From Candidatus Parvarchaeota archaeon (GTDB lineage Archaea > Nanobdellota > Nanobdellia > WJKC01), in contig JAFCFT010000004.1 in NCBI GenBank assembly GCA_017608505.1, positions 1-61,958 of the forward strand: a stretch of DNA of 61,958 nt, read 5' to 3'. Of this stretch, positions 50,477 to 59,689 are shown in pieces; within the stretch, counting starts at the first letter, position 1, and each line of letters starts with the position of its first letter. The translations under genes were made by a program, and so were the position numbers. The notes beneath the pieces are model-generated. The model was not told the DNA's origin. It searched no databases and saw nothing but the letters and a program-made list of their open reading frames with translations.

Positions 50477-50971
50477 TTAATCAGCCTCGTTTAGTTCAGA
50501 AAGACATTTTTCAAGTATCTTTTTAATTTTTTCTTTATTTTTATTAGATTTTTTATAAACAACATCTCTTATTTCAAAAAGAACTTTTTCAATTTCTGAT
50601 TTATCTTTACCCAAAATATCTATGAATAAACCTTTAAATAATAGAAATTTTTTCCTGGAATCTTCCTTAAATTTTTGTATCTGTTTTAACGTGTTAATGC
50701 CATTATTTGTAAGTTCAAATATGTGTTTTGAACGTTTATCAACCTTGCTTATTTTTATTAGTCCCTCTTGTTCAAGTTGCTTTAAAAGAGGGTATAAGGT
50801 TCCTTTGCTAGGCACCCATTTCCCACAGGTTTTCTCTTCAATTTCTTTTAATAATTCATAGCCAGATTTTGGTTTACTATTTAAAGAGTGTAAAATATAG
50901 AGCACAAGAATACCTCTTTCTTTTCCATCATTACAGTGAAATTTCCATAGGCCCATCATTAAATGGAGCAA
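50477..50971 (-). CDS. PadR-family regulator (start uncertain)
   Basis: SGYEL, PSKGTLYPLL..LE.EGLI. Confidence 0.9.
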   Translation of the reverse strand: MLHLMMGLWKFHCNDGKERGILVLYILHSLNSKPKSGYELLKEIEEKTCGKWVPSKGTLYPLLKQLEQEGLIKISKVDKRSKHIFELTNNGINTLKQIQKFKEDSRKKFLLFKGLFIDILGKDKSEIEKVLFEIRDVVYKKSNKNKEKIKKILEKCLSELNEAD

Positions 50972-51102
50972 TAAGAATAGGTTATTTAAATATATTTCGG
51001 TTTCGAACGGTTTGGATTCGTAATATAATAAAATTCTCTTTAAGTCAACACAAAACTTCGTAACCCTTATAAACTCATTTTTTTATTTATAAATTTAAAG
51101 GC

Positions 51103-51339
51103 GGACCCGTAGCCTAGCCAGGATAGGGCGACAGCCTCCTAATAGCGATGATGATTGACGACGAATCTCCAAAAAAAATGGAGTGACTGACCTACTCTGA
51201 GCATAGGGGAGAGCTGTAGATCGGGGGTTCAAAACCTAGGCGAAGGGGGACTTTCCCTCCCCCTTCTCCTAAGGCTCACCAACTTCCCCCTCCCTCGAAG
51301 AGGGGGCAGAGCTTAAGGTTGGAAATCCCTCCGGGTCCG
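51103..51339 (+). tRNA. tRNA-Arg(CCT) with introns at 37/38 (51142-51211) and 59/60 (51234-51325)
   Basis: Exons rebuild a cloverleaf; CTCC/GGGG and TTCA/TGGA central helices. Confidence 0.9.
51142..51211 (+). ncRNA. Intronic box C/D guide RNA
   Basis: GC-G-ATGATGA (51148) ... CTGA-GC (51197) K-turn geometry; guides complementary to 16S h34. Confidence 0.8.
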
Positions 51340-51382
51340 CTACTCCGCTTTCTTTATTAATAACAAAGTAGTAAAATTATGT

Positions 51383-51874
51383 ATGACAAGAATCAGCAAA
51401 TTATTGCAACCAAGAATGGTGCTCTTAATAACATCGTACGCAGACAATACACATGACGTTGCAACTTTTAGCTTTGTAACACCAATAAGCTTTAATCCGC
51501 CGTTGCTAGCATTTAGCGTTGCGCATACAAGATACACAAAAGAATTAATAGAAAAGAATCCTGAATGCGTTGTTAATGTTGCGACAACAGAAATGCTTGA
51601 TGACGCATTATACTGCGGCACAAGAAGCGGAAGAGATGTTGACAAGTTTGAAAAAATAGAATGGGAAGAATGCGAAACAGTAAAGCCAAGAAGAGTTAAA
51701 AAAAGCCCAGTCCAGCTGGAATGCAAAGTATTAAAAATAATACCTGCAGGAGATCATAACATAGTGTTGTGCGAAGTGTTGACAGAGCATGTAAAGACTC
51801 TTGAATACAAGCCGTTAATGCATGTGTCAGGAAGCGACTTTGCAACATCCACTAAAATTGGGCCCGTGGCGTAG
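51383..51874 (+). CDS. Flavin reductase (DIM6/NTAB) family protein
   Basis: SFNPP, CGTRSGRDVDKF, LECK, GDH. Confidence 0.92.
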   Translation: MTRISKLLQPRMVLLITSYADNTHDVATFSFVTPISFNPPLLAFSVAHTRYTKELIEKNPECVVNVATTEMLDDALYCGTRSGRDVDKFEKIEWEECETVKPRRVKKSPVQLECKVLKIIPAGDHNIVLCEVLTEHVKTLEYKPLMHVSGSDFATSTKIGPVA

Positions 51875-51949
51875 CCTGGACAGCGCGGCTATGTTTCAAC
51901 CGTAAGGCTTCGGACCAGCAGATCGGGGGTTCGAATCCCTCCGGGCCCA
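51860..51949 (+). tRNA. tRNA-Arg(TCG) with a 15-nt intron at 29/30 (51891-51905)
   Basis: GCGG/CCGT helix, CT|A and AA|G bulges; spliced arm GCTGG-CTTCGGA-CCAGC. Confidence 0.9.
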
Positions 51950-51955
51950 CACAAT

Positions 51956-52477
51956 TTAAGAAAAAGATGCAGCCTCTTTGTATAATATAGTTCTTGCAAC
52001 ATGATAAGTTCTCTTATCCAACTCGTTGTAAAAAAAGCACTCTTCAAGAGGCAAATCAACTATTTCGAATGCAACAACATCTGTTAAATCTTCTTTTGCT
52101 ATTTGGGCTAACACTTCAGCAATAGTTGGCCTAAAGATTGCAGGGGCTAAAAATTCATGGTATGTTATAACCTCCTTATAAGGGACTAAACCTTCAGCTT
52201 TTTTTATTGGATCAGGATTCCACAGAAAAGCACTTCTTAAATCAACATTTTTAATGTAATATAAGTCTCCTTTTTTAAAGTATTCTGGCGTCTTAGCAGG
52301 AGGCAATTGCATATAATTTTCAATTTTATAAATTTTTGATTCAATACCCCCATCTGTTTTTGTTATATAACCTTTTTTAGTTTCAGTAAATTTGACAAAT
52401 CTTACAACAGGTTTAATTTTTTTAGCAAGATTCTCAAGCAATTCGTCTGAAATTTTTAGGAGTTTAGATATACTCAT
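51956..52477 (-). CDS. Hypothetical protein
   Basis: 173-aa ORF with GGTG SD. Confidence 0.7.
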   Translation of the reverse strand: MSISKLLKISDELLENLAKKIKPVVRFVKFTETKKGYITKTDGGIESKIYKIENYMQLPPAKTPEYFKKGDLYYIKNVDLRSAFLWNPDPIKKAEGLVPYKEVITYHEFLAPAIFRPTIAEVLAQIAKEDLTDVVAFEIVDLPLEECFFYNELDKRTYHVARTILYKEAASFS

Positions 52478-52566
52478 ACACCATTTTTCTAAAAACTACT
52501 TTATTATAAATATTATTGTAGAATCTATATAGAAACCTTTTTAAAACCCTATCTCAAAGAAAAATT

Positions 52567-52968
52567 ATGAACTTTGAAAGCATTAAAAAATCACTTAAAG
52601 AACTAATTAGCAACAAGACTAACGACGAATTAAACAGCGAATTAGTATACATGACTGCTGTTGCAGATTATATTATTAAAATGCATTCTGAATGCAGGCA
52701 ATGTTATAATTTCTCTAAAAGAAAAAAGAAAAGAATGCTTTTTAGTGAAACGTTCAACAAAGTGCTTATTAGCTCATTAGCAGCTTGCATAAATAAAGAC
52801 TATAAGCAAGTATATATGTATCTAAAAGAAATTGAAAATAAACACTACAACCCAAACAAAGAAAATTGCAGAAAAGCTTGCGAATTGATAAGCAACTTAA
52901 GAAGTGTTTTTGAAGATATTTTGCTTGAACAGAATTTTTATAATTTAGATAACGGAAGCTATATCTGA
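52567..52968 (+). CDS. Hypothetical protein
   Basis: 133-aa ORF with CRQC and CRKAC. Confidence 0.6.
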   Translation: MNFESIKKSLKELISNKTNDELNSELVYMTAVADYIIKMHSECRQCYNFSKRKKKRMLFSETFNKVLISSLAACINKDYKQVYMYLKEIENKHYNPNKENCRKACELISNLRSVFEDILLEQNFYNLDNGSYI

Positions 52969-53847
52969 TGGTGTTGGGAAAACTTGCTCATTCTTTGAAA
53001 TATAAAGACATGCGTTAGCTAGCGCGTACTTTAAGCAGGCCTGCAGAGACATTTTGTTTAAATAAGCATAAAGAAATCCTGCATTAAATGTGTCGCCTGC
53101 GCCTGTAGGGTTAATAACCTTTACATTGTATGACGGCAGTCTAACGCGCTTATCCGCAGTGCATGCGAGAGCGCCTTTAGGACCTAAATGAAGCGCTAAT
53201 ATTTGCACAAATGGAAGCACTTTTTTAATCCCCTTAAGTAACGACGAAGTTCCTGCAAGAAGCTTTAATTCGTAGTCATTAAGAAACAAGATATCAACGT
53301 GCCTTAAAAGTGGAAAAATTTGCTTCCAATCCCTGTCTTCAATAGTTGCACCAATATCAAGACTTGTTGAAATATTGTGTTTTTTTGCACGGGAAAATAA
53401 AATGTTAAGCTTTGGACGTAAAGACTCTAAATGCCAGTATCCGCTCACATGCAAGTGCTTAGAAAACTTAAGGATTTGCATCTTTACATCTTTAATATTT
53501 AGTTCTGCATTTGCGCCATGGGATGTAATAAAGCTTCTGCTTCCATCCTCAAAAGTAATTGCAAATGTTGTGTCAGTGGGTTTTTTTGAAATCTTAAGAT
53601 AAGCCTTTACTTTATAGCATTTTAATTTTTCTTTAAGGCTTTTACCATAAAAGTCATTACCTATTGAGCCGACAAAACAAACTCGCAAGCCAAGTGTTGA
53701 AAGAGCTGAAGCGCAGATTGCAGAAGAGCCCCCAAGATAATACTTGAACTTTGGAATAATGACTTGTTCATTTTTCTTTGGATAGCGCTTTAGCGGAGTT
53801 GTTATCACATCTTGATTAATGTCACCCACGCAAAGCACGTCAAACAT
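52945..53847 (-). CDS. PfkB-family carbohydrate kinase
   Basis: GGS...A..LS.LG, N..E, PTGAGDTFNAG. Confidence 0.93.
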   Translation of the reverse strand: MFDVLCVGDINQDVITTPLKRYPKKNEQVIIPKFKYYLGGSSAICASALSTLGLRVCFVGSIGNDFYGKSLKEKLKCYKVKAYLKISKKPTDTTFAITFEDGSRSFITSHGANAELNIKDVKMQILKFSKHLHVSGYWHLESLRPKLNILFSRAKKHNISTSLDIGATIEDRDWKQIFPLLRHVDILFLNDYELKLLAGTSSLLKGIKKVLPFVQILALHLGPKGALACTADKRVRLPSYNVKVINPTGAGDTFNAGFLYAYLNKMSLQACLKYALANACLYISKNEQVFPTPSDIASVI

Positions 53848-53883
53848 AAATGATAAATAAGCAGGGGGATTATTATTAATTTA

Positions 53884-54402
53884 ATGGCAAATGCGTTTAA
53901 GGGAGTTTATGATCATTTCCTGTGGTCAAGCAAAAGAAAAGCGTATGTTAGGAATGTTGAAAAAGCAAAAAAATACAAATGCATACTTTGCGCAATCCGC
54001 AACAATAAATTAGAGTCAAGAGTATTATACAAAGGGCGCGATTATTTTGTTTTGATGAACATATTTCCTTACAATCTTGGCCACTTAATGGTTGTGCCAA
54101 ACAAGCACGTCACAGATTTCATGAAGCTTGATAAAAGGCTTCTTTGCAGTTTAATGGTTGGTGTTCAAAAAGCAATGAAATTAATTAAATATACATACAA
54201 GCCAGACGGCTTTAACATTGGATTAAACATTGGAGAATATGGAGGAGCAAGCATTAAGCATTTGCACTGGCAAGTAGTCCCAAGATACAAAAGAGAAGCA
54301 GGATTTATGGAAGCAACTGCTGATACAAGAGTTGTGCCTGAAACCCTTGATCAAATAGAAAAGGATTTGTTAAAAAATGTGAGCAAAGTATGGAAGAAAT
54401 GA
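53884..54402 (+). CDS. HIT-family nucleotide hydrolase/phosphorylase
   Basis: CILC, N.FPYN.GH, HLHWQVVPR. Confidence 0.92.
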   Translation: MANAFKGVYDHFLWSSKRKAYVRNVEKAKKYKCILCAIRNNKLESRVLYKGRDYFVLMNIFPYNLGHLMVVPNKHVTDFMKLDKRLLCSLMVGVQKAMKLIKYTYKPDGFNIGLNIGEYGGASIKHLHWQVVPRYKREAGFMEATADTRVVPETLDQIEKDLLKNVSKVWKK

Positions 54403-56231
54403 ATAAAATCGGCGCTGTTTTTGAAGTAAGTTTTGAAGCAGGGCATAAAGTAGGTGGCATATTCACAGTATTAAAAAGCAAAAGCAATGAAGTAAAGAAT
54501 ATTTATGGTGACAAATACACTGCAATTGGATTTTATGACTCAAAAAGTGCCTTAGAACATTTTGAAGGAGAAAAAGCCCCTAAAGAGTTGCAAAGAATTT
54601 TTGAAGAACTAAAAAATGAAGGTATTAATGCATATTATGGAAAATGGATCACTGCCAACGATGTAAGACTTATATTATTAGAAACAAGAGAATTTAGGGA
54701 AAAAGGCGTCTGGTTTAAAGAAAAGGAAATGACAATTGACAGAAATGTCAATTTAATAAAAAAAAGATTGTGGGAATACTATGGAATAGACTCGCTTAAT
54801 ACAGGAATCGAATATGACGTGCCATTGGCATGGTCTTGGGCTGCTGGCAAATTAATTGAAAAAATCTGCAAGCAAGGAAAATGCGAACCTGTTGTCGCGC
54901 ATTTTCATGAGTGGCTCTCAGGGGCAGGACTGCTTTATTTGAAAAAAAATTATCCAAAATTAGGTCTTGTATTTACAACGCATGCAACAAGGCTTGGCAG
55001 AGCATTAAGTTCAGCAAACATAGATGTGCACAAATTAAAGAGTTGTGAAAATGACTTAAAGCAAGCAGAAAAACTTCACGTAAAGGCGCAACACATGCTT
55101 GAAAAAGCATGCGCAAGAGAAGCCCACGTGTTCACAACAGTAAGTGAGGTAGTGGCAAATGAAGCTAAATGCGTTCTTGGGATAGAACCGCACATAATAA
55201 CACCTAATGCATTAGATTTTAGCGAGTACCCAACAATGGAAAAAGTAATTGCAAGAAGAAGGGCGTTAAGGCTTAAAATGAAAAAGTTTCTTTTATCATA
55301 TTTTTCAAGCTATTATCCAATAAAAATAACAGACTGCGTGATATTCTATACGCTAGGCAGATACGAATTCCACAACAAAGGGATAGACCTATACATTGAT
55401 GCTCTTGGAAAACTAAATGAAAAGCTTAAAAATTTAGAGGGAAAACATAACCCAGTGTACGCTTTCATATGGGTTCCAAGAAAAAATAACGGCGTAAAAG
55501 AAGAGGTTGAAGAAAACCTTCTTGCATTTGACAGGATCAATGATTTAATAAATGAAGAAATGAGAAATATTAAAGAAAACATACTAATAAACACCTTAAA
55601 AGACAAACCAATGACTTTTAAAATCATGTGTGGAGAAGAATTCAGCAATGAATTAAAAGCGGCAAGCAGAGCATTCACAACTTTAAGAAAAGGCAAAATC
55701 CCTCCATTATGCGCTTTTGAAATCAATGAAAAACAAGACACAATAATGAGATGGTTGAAAAAAAACAAACTGCTCAATAGACCAGAAGACCCTGTTAAAG
55801 TCATATTTTACCCTGAATATTTAAGTGCAAAAGACCCCATACTTGGCATGGACGTAAATGATGCAGTCATGAGTTGCACAATGGGCGTTTTTCCTTCAAG
55901 ATACGAGCCATGGGGCATGACTATAATGGAGGCAGGAGCGTTGCTTGCATTAGGAGTCACTACCAATGCAAGCGGTGCAGGAGCATTTATAAAAAAATTA
56001 GGAGAAGGGAACACAGGACTTAAAGTCTTAGAATTAGAAAATAAATCAGACTCGCAGATTAGTGAAGAATTAAGCGAAATCATGAAAGAAGTCGTACTTA
56101 TGGACAAGGACCTTCTTTTAGAATCAAGCATAAAGGCAAGGAATATTGCAGAACAATCAGACTGGAGAATCCAAATTAAAAATTACGTTGCAGCTTATAA
56201 TATGGCATTAAAAAAATTATTTAAGGACTAA
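54390..56231 (+). CDS. Glycogen synthase (GT3 type)
   Basis: KVGGIFTV, HFHEW, GRYEFHNKG, PSRYEPWG. Confidence 0.92.
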   Translation: MEEMNKIGAVFEVSFEAGHKVGGIFTVLKSKSNEVKNIYGDKYTAIGFYDSKSALEHFEGEKAPKELQRIFEELKNEGINAYYGKWITANDVRLILLETREFREKGVWFKEKEMTIDRNVNLIKKRLWEYYGIDSLNTGIEYDVPLAWSWAAGKLIEKICKQGKCEPVVAHFHEWLSGAGLLYLKKNYPKLGLVFTTHATRLGRALSSANIDVHKLKSCENDLKQAEKLHVKAQHMLEKACAREAHVFTTVSEVVANEAKCVLGIEPHIITPNALDFSEYPTMEKVIARRRALRLKMKKFLLSYFSSYYPIKITDCVIFYTLGRYEFHNKGIDLYIDALGKLNEKLKNLEGKHNPVYAFIWVPRKNNGVKEEVEENLLAFDRINDLINEEMRNIKENILINTLKDKPMTFKIMCGEEFSNELKAASRAFTTLRKGKIPPLCAFEINEKQDTIMRWLKKNKLLNRPEDPVKVIFYPEYLSAKDPILGMDVNDAVMSCTMGVFPSRYEPWGMTIMEAGALLALGVTTNASGAGAFIKKLGEGNTGLKVLELENKSDSQISEELSEIMKEVVLMDKDLLLESSIKARNIAEQSDWRIQIKNYVAAYNMALKKLFKD

Positions 56232-56249
56232 AAGCCTATTTATTAAAAA

Positions 56250-56564
56250 ATGAGCGAGCCTTTTTACTTGAAAGAAAATGATGAAAGAACGCTTGCAGTT
56301 ATAAACAATCTTAAAGAGCTAAGAGATGCCTTAAAAATAGCTCCAAAACAAGCAATTAAACACCACACAAGCAATGGAAAAAACGACTTTGCAATATGGA
56401 TACATGAGTCACTTGGCATGGGAAATCTTGCATTTAAAATTGCATGTGTAAATGGAGATGAAGAAAAAATTAAGCAAAAAATAATAAAAATTTTAAATAA
56501 AGAGTTAATGAAAAATGACTTAAAAGATCTTATGAGAAAATTTCTTAAGATGAAGTCTTTTTAA
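56250..56564 (+). CDS. DUF5752-like small protein
   Basis: F.L, NLKEL..AL, HH....NDFA.WI. Confidence 0.7.
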   Translation: MSEPFYLKENDERTLAVINNLKELRDALKIAPKQAIKHHTSNGKNDFAIWIHESLGMGNLAFKIACVNGDEEKIKQKIIKILNKELMKNDLKDLMRKFLKMKSF

Positions 56565-57729
56565 TTCTTTCATTTATTAATTGCTTTAAATCCTGAAGAA
56601 CATTCATGTAATTAATGTATGCATCATAAGGGCTGTCATAAGCATTAAAATACTTGTGAACATCTCCGTCAGCAAACCATTTTGTGCACATATAATAAAA
56701 ATGGTCGCTTGTCTGAAGCCTTCTCCATATATCTATTAATTGCTGGTCACCTAAAGCATAAACAAGACTTGCAAGCTCTTTTAACATATTAAAAGCATTT
56801 GTCTGCATCTCGTTGCCAAGCCAGGCGCTTGCGTCTCTGTCAACATCTGCCCATGAAAGCATGTCAGGAACATCAATTACGCCCACTGGCTCCTCATTTG
56901 CTAACTCATTAATTTTAACAAAATTTAAATGAGGATAACGCAAAACTTCTTTTGGAAGGTGCTTTAAAAATTCGAAAATGCCTGTTTCTCTCCATTGATG
57001 TTCTCCAAAGGTTTCGTAATCAATGAAAATATTTACATTTGTCCCCTCTGCCTTGCTAAGCCATAACGCATACTTGTCAGCTGTCAAAGGGAATTCGCTC
57101 CAGTCGCGCAATGAGAATCTAAACCCAATGTCATCGCTAAGTCTGTAATTTCGCAAAAGCAGGCGAATATTAGAATTAACAGGCTTATAAATGAAGTTAG
57201 GACTTCTCCATCCCAAATACTTGTGCCATCCTTCAGCAACAACACCTTTAAAACCCATTTTTTCCACAGCGCATGCCAATTTATTGTTGTACATTGCTTC
57301 AGTGTTTCTAAAAACAACAGGCTCATAATCAAATATCTCTTTAATTTTCTTTTTGTGGAGCTTGACTTGTTCTTCAAATTCTTTGTCTCCAACTAAAAAT
57401 GCAAGCGAATGATAATATGTCTCTGAAAGCAAATCAACACACCCAGTATCCATCAATTTTTTAAATGACTCAATAACTTTTGGGCAATATCTTTGCGCTT
57501 GGTCAATGAAAACGCCAGTCATTGAGTAAGAAACTTTGAAAGCGCCATTAGTTTCTTTTATAAGCCTTAAAATAAGTTCATTTGTTTCTAAATAGCATTT
57601 TTTTGCAACCTTTAAAAAGATTTTCTTGTTTTTCTCGTCATCAAAATATTTGTGATCCCGCCTAAAAACATTGTATTTTGCAAGTCTCTCAGGCTGATGC
57701 ACTTGAAAATAAAGACATATCTTAGCCAT
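56545..57729 (-). CDS. GH57 alpha-amylase-like glycoside hydrolase
   Basis: FQVHQP, FRNTE, DYETFGEHQW, QTSDHFYYM. Confidence 0.94.
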   Translation of the reverse strand: MAKICLYFQVHQPERLAKYNVFRRDHKYFDDEKNKKIFLKVAKKCYLETNELILRLIKETNGAFKVSYSMTGVFIDQAQRYCPKVIESFKKLMDTGCVDLLSETYYHSLAFLVGDKEFEEQVKLHKKKIKEIFDYEPVVFRNTEAMYNNKLACAVEKMGFKGVVAEGWHKYLGWRSPNFIYKPVNSNIRLLLRNYRLSDDIGFRFSLRDWSEFPLTADKYALWLSKAEGTNVNIFIDYETFGEHQWRETGIFEFLKHLPKEVLRYPHLNFVKINELANEEPVGVIDVPDMLSWADVDRDASAWLGNEMQTNAFNMLKELASLVYALGDQQLIDIWRRLQTSDHFYYMCTKWFADGDVHKYFNAYDSPYDAYINYMNVLQDLKQLINERIKKTSS

Positions 57730-57755
57730 ATATGAATCTAGTATTTTTTAAAGAT

Positions 57756-58883
57756 TTAAGGGTTTCTAATTAATGAAGAATACACATCAAAAGTCTTGTC
57801 TGCCACTTCACTCCAAGAAATCTTTTTACACTCGCATAAACCATTTCTTTTTAAGTTTTCAGCAAGACCATTATACCTTAAAACCCCTATTATTTTATTG
57901 GCAATTTCATCAACATCCCAAAAGTCAACTTTTAAGCAGTGCTTTAAAAGCTCTGAAGCGCCTGCTGCCCTGCTTACTATGAGAGGGGTGCCTGAAGCAA
58001 CAGCCTCAAGAGCCGTGATCCCAAAAGGCTCTGCAACACTTGGCATAACATAAACGTCTGAAAGCGCATATAGCTTTGGCAAGTCTTCGTCAGGAACATA
58101 CCCTAAAAATCTTACTTTATCGCTAATCCCCAGTTCTATAGAAAGCTTAATTAAATTCTTAAGCTCAGGCCCCTTGCCGCCTACTAAAAAAACAGTGTCA
58201 GGCTCTAATTCAAGCACTTTTTTTGCAGCCCTAATAAAGTAATCAACGCCTTTTTGAACACTTAATCTCCCTAAAAACAAAACAACCTTATTATTTAATT
58301 TTTTAACAGAAGTTCTAAATTTTGAAGCACTAATCCCGTTGTATATCACTTTAATTTTTGAAGGTTCAACGCCGTAGCGCTTAATCAACTGGTTTTTCAT
58401 CCACCTGCTTACAGTTATCACTTTGTCAGCCATATGAAGACCTAAATTTTCTATGTCAACTATGAACTGCCAAGGGTGGCCAGCAGTCCTGTCCCACTCT
58501 GTGCTGTGCACAGTAAACACTAAAGGCTTTTTAGTCTTTTCTTTTAATTTAATTCCCCCAAGTATAGTCATCCAGTCATGGCAATGTATTAAATCAAAAT
58601 CATAGTTCAAAGCAGTTTCAACAACACATTCATTATAATTCTTTACCTTGGAAAAAAATTCATTAGTAATTACGCCTTTGAACTCTTTTAAATATGGCCC
58701 AGTAAATCCGCCAGGCACTTGAATAATCTTAACGTGAGATGCCTTAACTTTGCCTTTTGTTCTTGGCATGAAGAAAAGAATTTCACACTTGTCTTTAAGC
58801 TCTTTAGTCAGCTCGTAACAATGCGTGCCAAGGCCTCCCGAAATAAACGGTGGAAACTCCCACCCAAGCATTGCCACTTTCAT
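57756..58883 (-). CDS. GT4 glycosyltransferase
   Basis: WEFPP..SGGLG, HCHDW, EPFGITALEA. Confidence 0.94.
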   Translation of the reverse strand: MKVAMLGWEFPPFISGGLGTHCYELTKELKDKCEILFFMPRTKGKVKASHVKIIQVPGGFTGPYLKEFKGVITNEFFSKVKNYNECVVETALNYDFDLIHCHDWMTILGGIKLKEKTKKPLVFTVHSTEWDRTAGHPWQFIVDIENLGLHMADKVITVSRWMKNQLIKRYGVEPSKIKVIYNGISASKFRTSVKKLNNKVVLFLGRLSVQKGVDYFIRAAKKVLELEPDTVFLVGGKGPELKNLIKLSIELGISDKVRFLGYVPDEDLPKLYALSDVYVMPSVAEPFGITALEAVASGTPLIVSRAAGASELLKHCLKVDFWDVDEIANKIIGVLRYNGLAENLKRNGLCECKKISWSEVADKTFDVYSSLIRNP

Positions 58884-58949
58884 TATAATTTTTATAAAAA
58901 CACCTTAAATATTAATACTTATCTTAAAGTAAGCTTAAAATACTTGAAA

Positions 58950-59621
58950 ATGCATAAAATAACTATGAAAGGCCTTGGGCTGACCCTTATAGTATGTCTT
59001 GCAACATATCTCCTCGTACTAACTCAGGCGCTTAATCAAAATCCAAACGCCATAATTATAAATGCGCTAAACAAGCAGTCTTTAATCACTAACTACAAAA
59101 TCACAGGCTTAATGACAACCACAATTGCAGGCAACAACTACACAATTAGAAACAGCGTGCCCGTGTCTATAAAACTTAACAATTCAAAAGAAACATACAC
59201 TTTTGACATCCCTATGAACGGAAAAAATTACTCCATAGCACTAATCATTGAAAACAAATCATACCTGTACTGCGAAAACAACAAGTGCAGCTCTGCAAAT
59301 CTTTCAAAACTAACTGCCCAAAGATTTGCAGGCATCTCTGCAACAAACAGAATAAGCCAGCTATTAAATGAGCATTTAATAAGCCTTAAATACAAAGGAA
59401 TCAAATCAATAAACGGCATACTCTGCGACTTAATAAATGCAAAAATAGCAGTTTCATCTGAAAGCTTTATTAATTTCATAATTGACGGAAAAGTGCTTAA
59501 CTTAAGCGTTGATTTCTGCTTAGACAGAAACACAGGCCTTCCTGTCTCAAGCACAATTAATGCTGTAGTCCCAAACAACACAGTAACAATAGAATTTAAA
59601 GCAAGCGAACTAAAAACATAA
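58950..59621 (+). CDS. Secreted or membrane-anchored hypothetical protein
   Basis: N-terminal hydrophobic helix, NxS/T sequons, C.D..TGLP. Confidence 0.7.
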   Translation: MHKITMKGLGLTLIVCLATYLLVLTQALNQNPNAIIINALNKQSLITNYKITGLMTTTIAGNNYTIRNSVPVSIKLNNSKETYTFDIPMNGKNYSIALIIENKSYLYCENNKCSSANLSKLTAQRFAGISATNRISQLLNEHLISLKYKGIKSINGILCDLINAKIAVSSESFINFIIDGKVLNLSVDFCLDRNTGLPVSSTINAVVPNNTVTIEFKASELKT

Positions 59622-59689
59622 TATTATTTTACTACTAAACAAAGACAAAAAGAAAAGTTTATAAATACTTTTTAATCTTCTATTCGCAT

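Noticed and set aside
58719-58949. Extended N-terminus of the 300-aa ORF
   Set aside because: Overlaps the GT4 gene antisense; ATG 58950 precedes the signal-like helix
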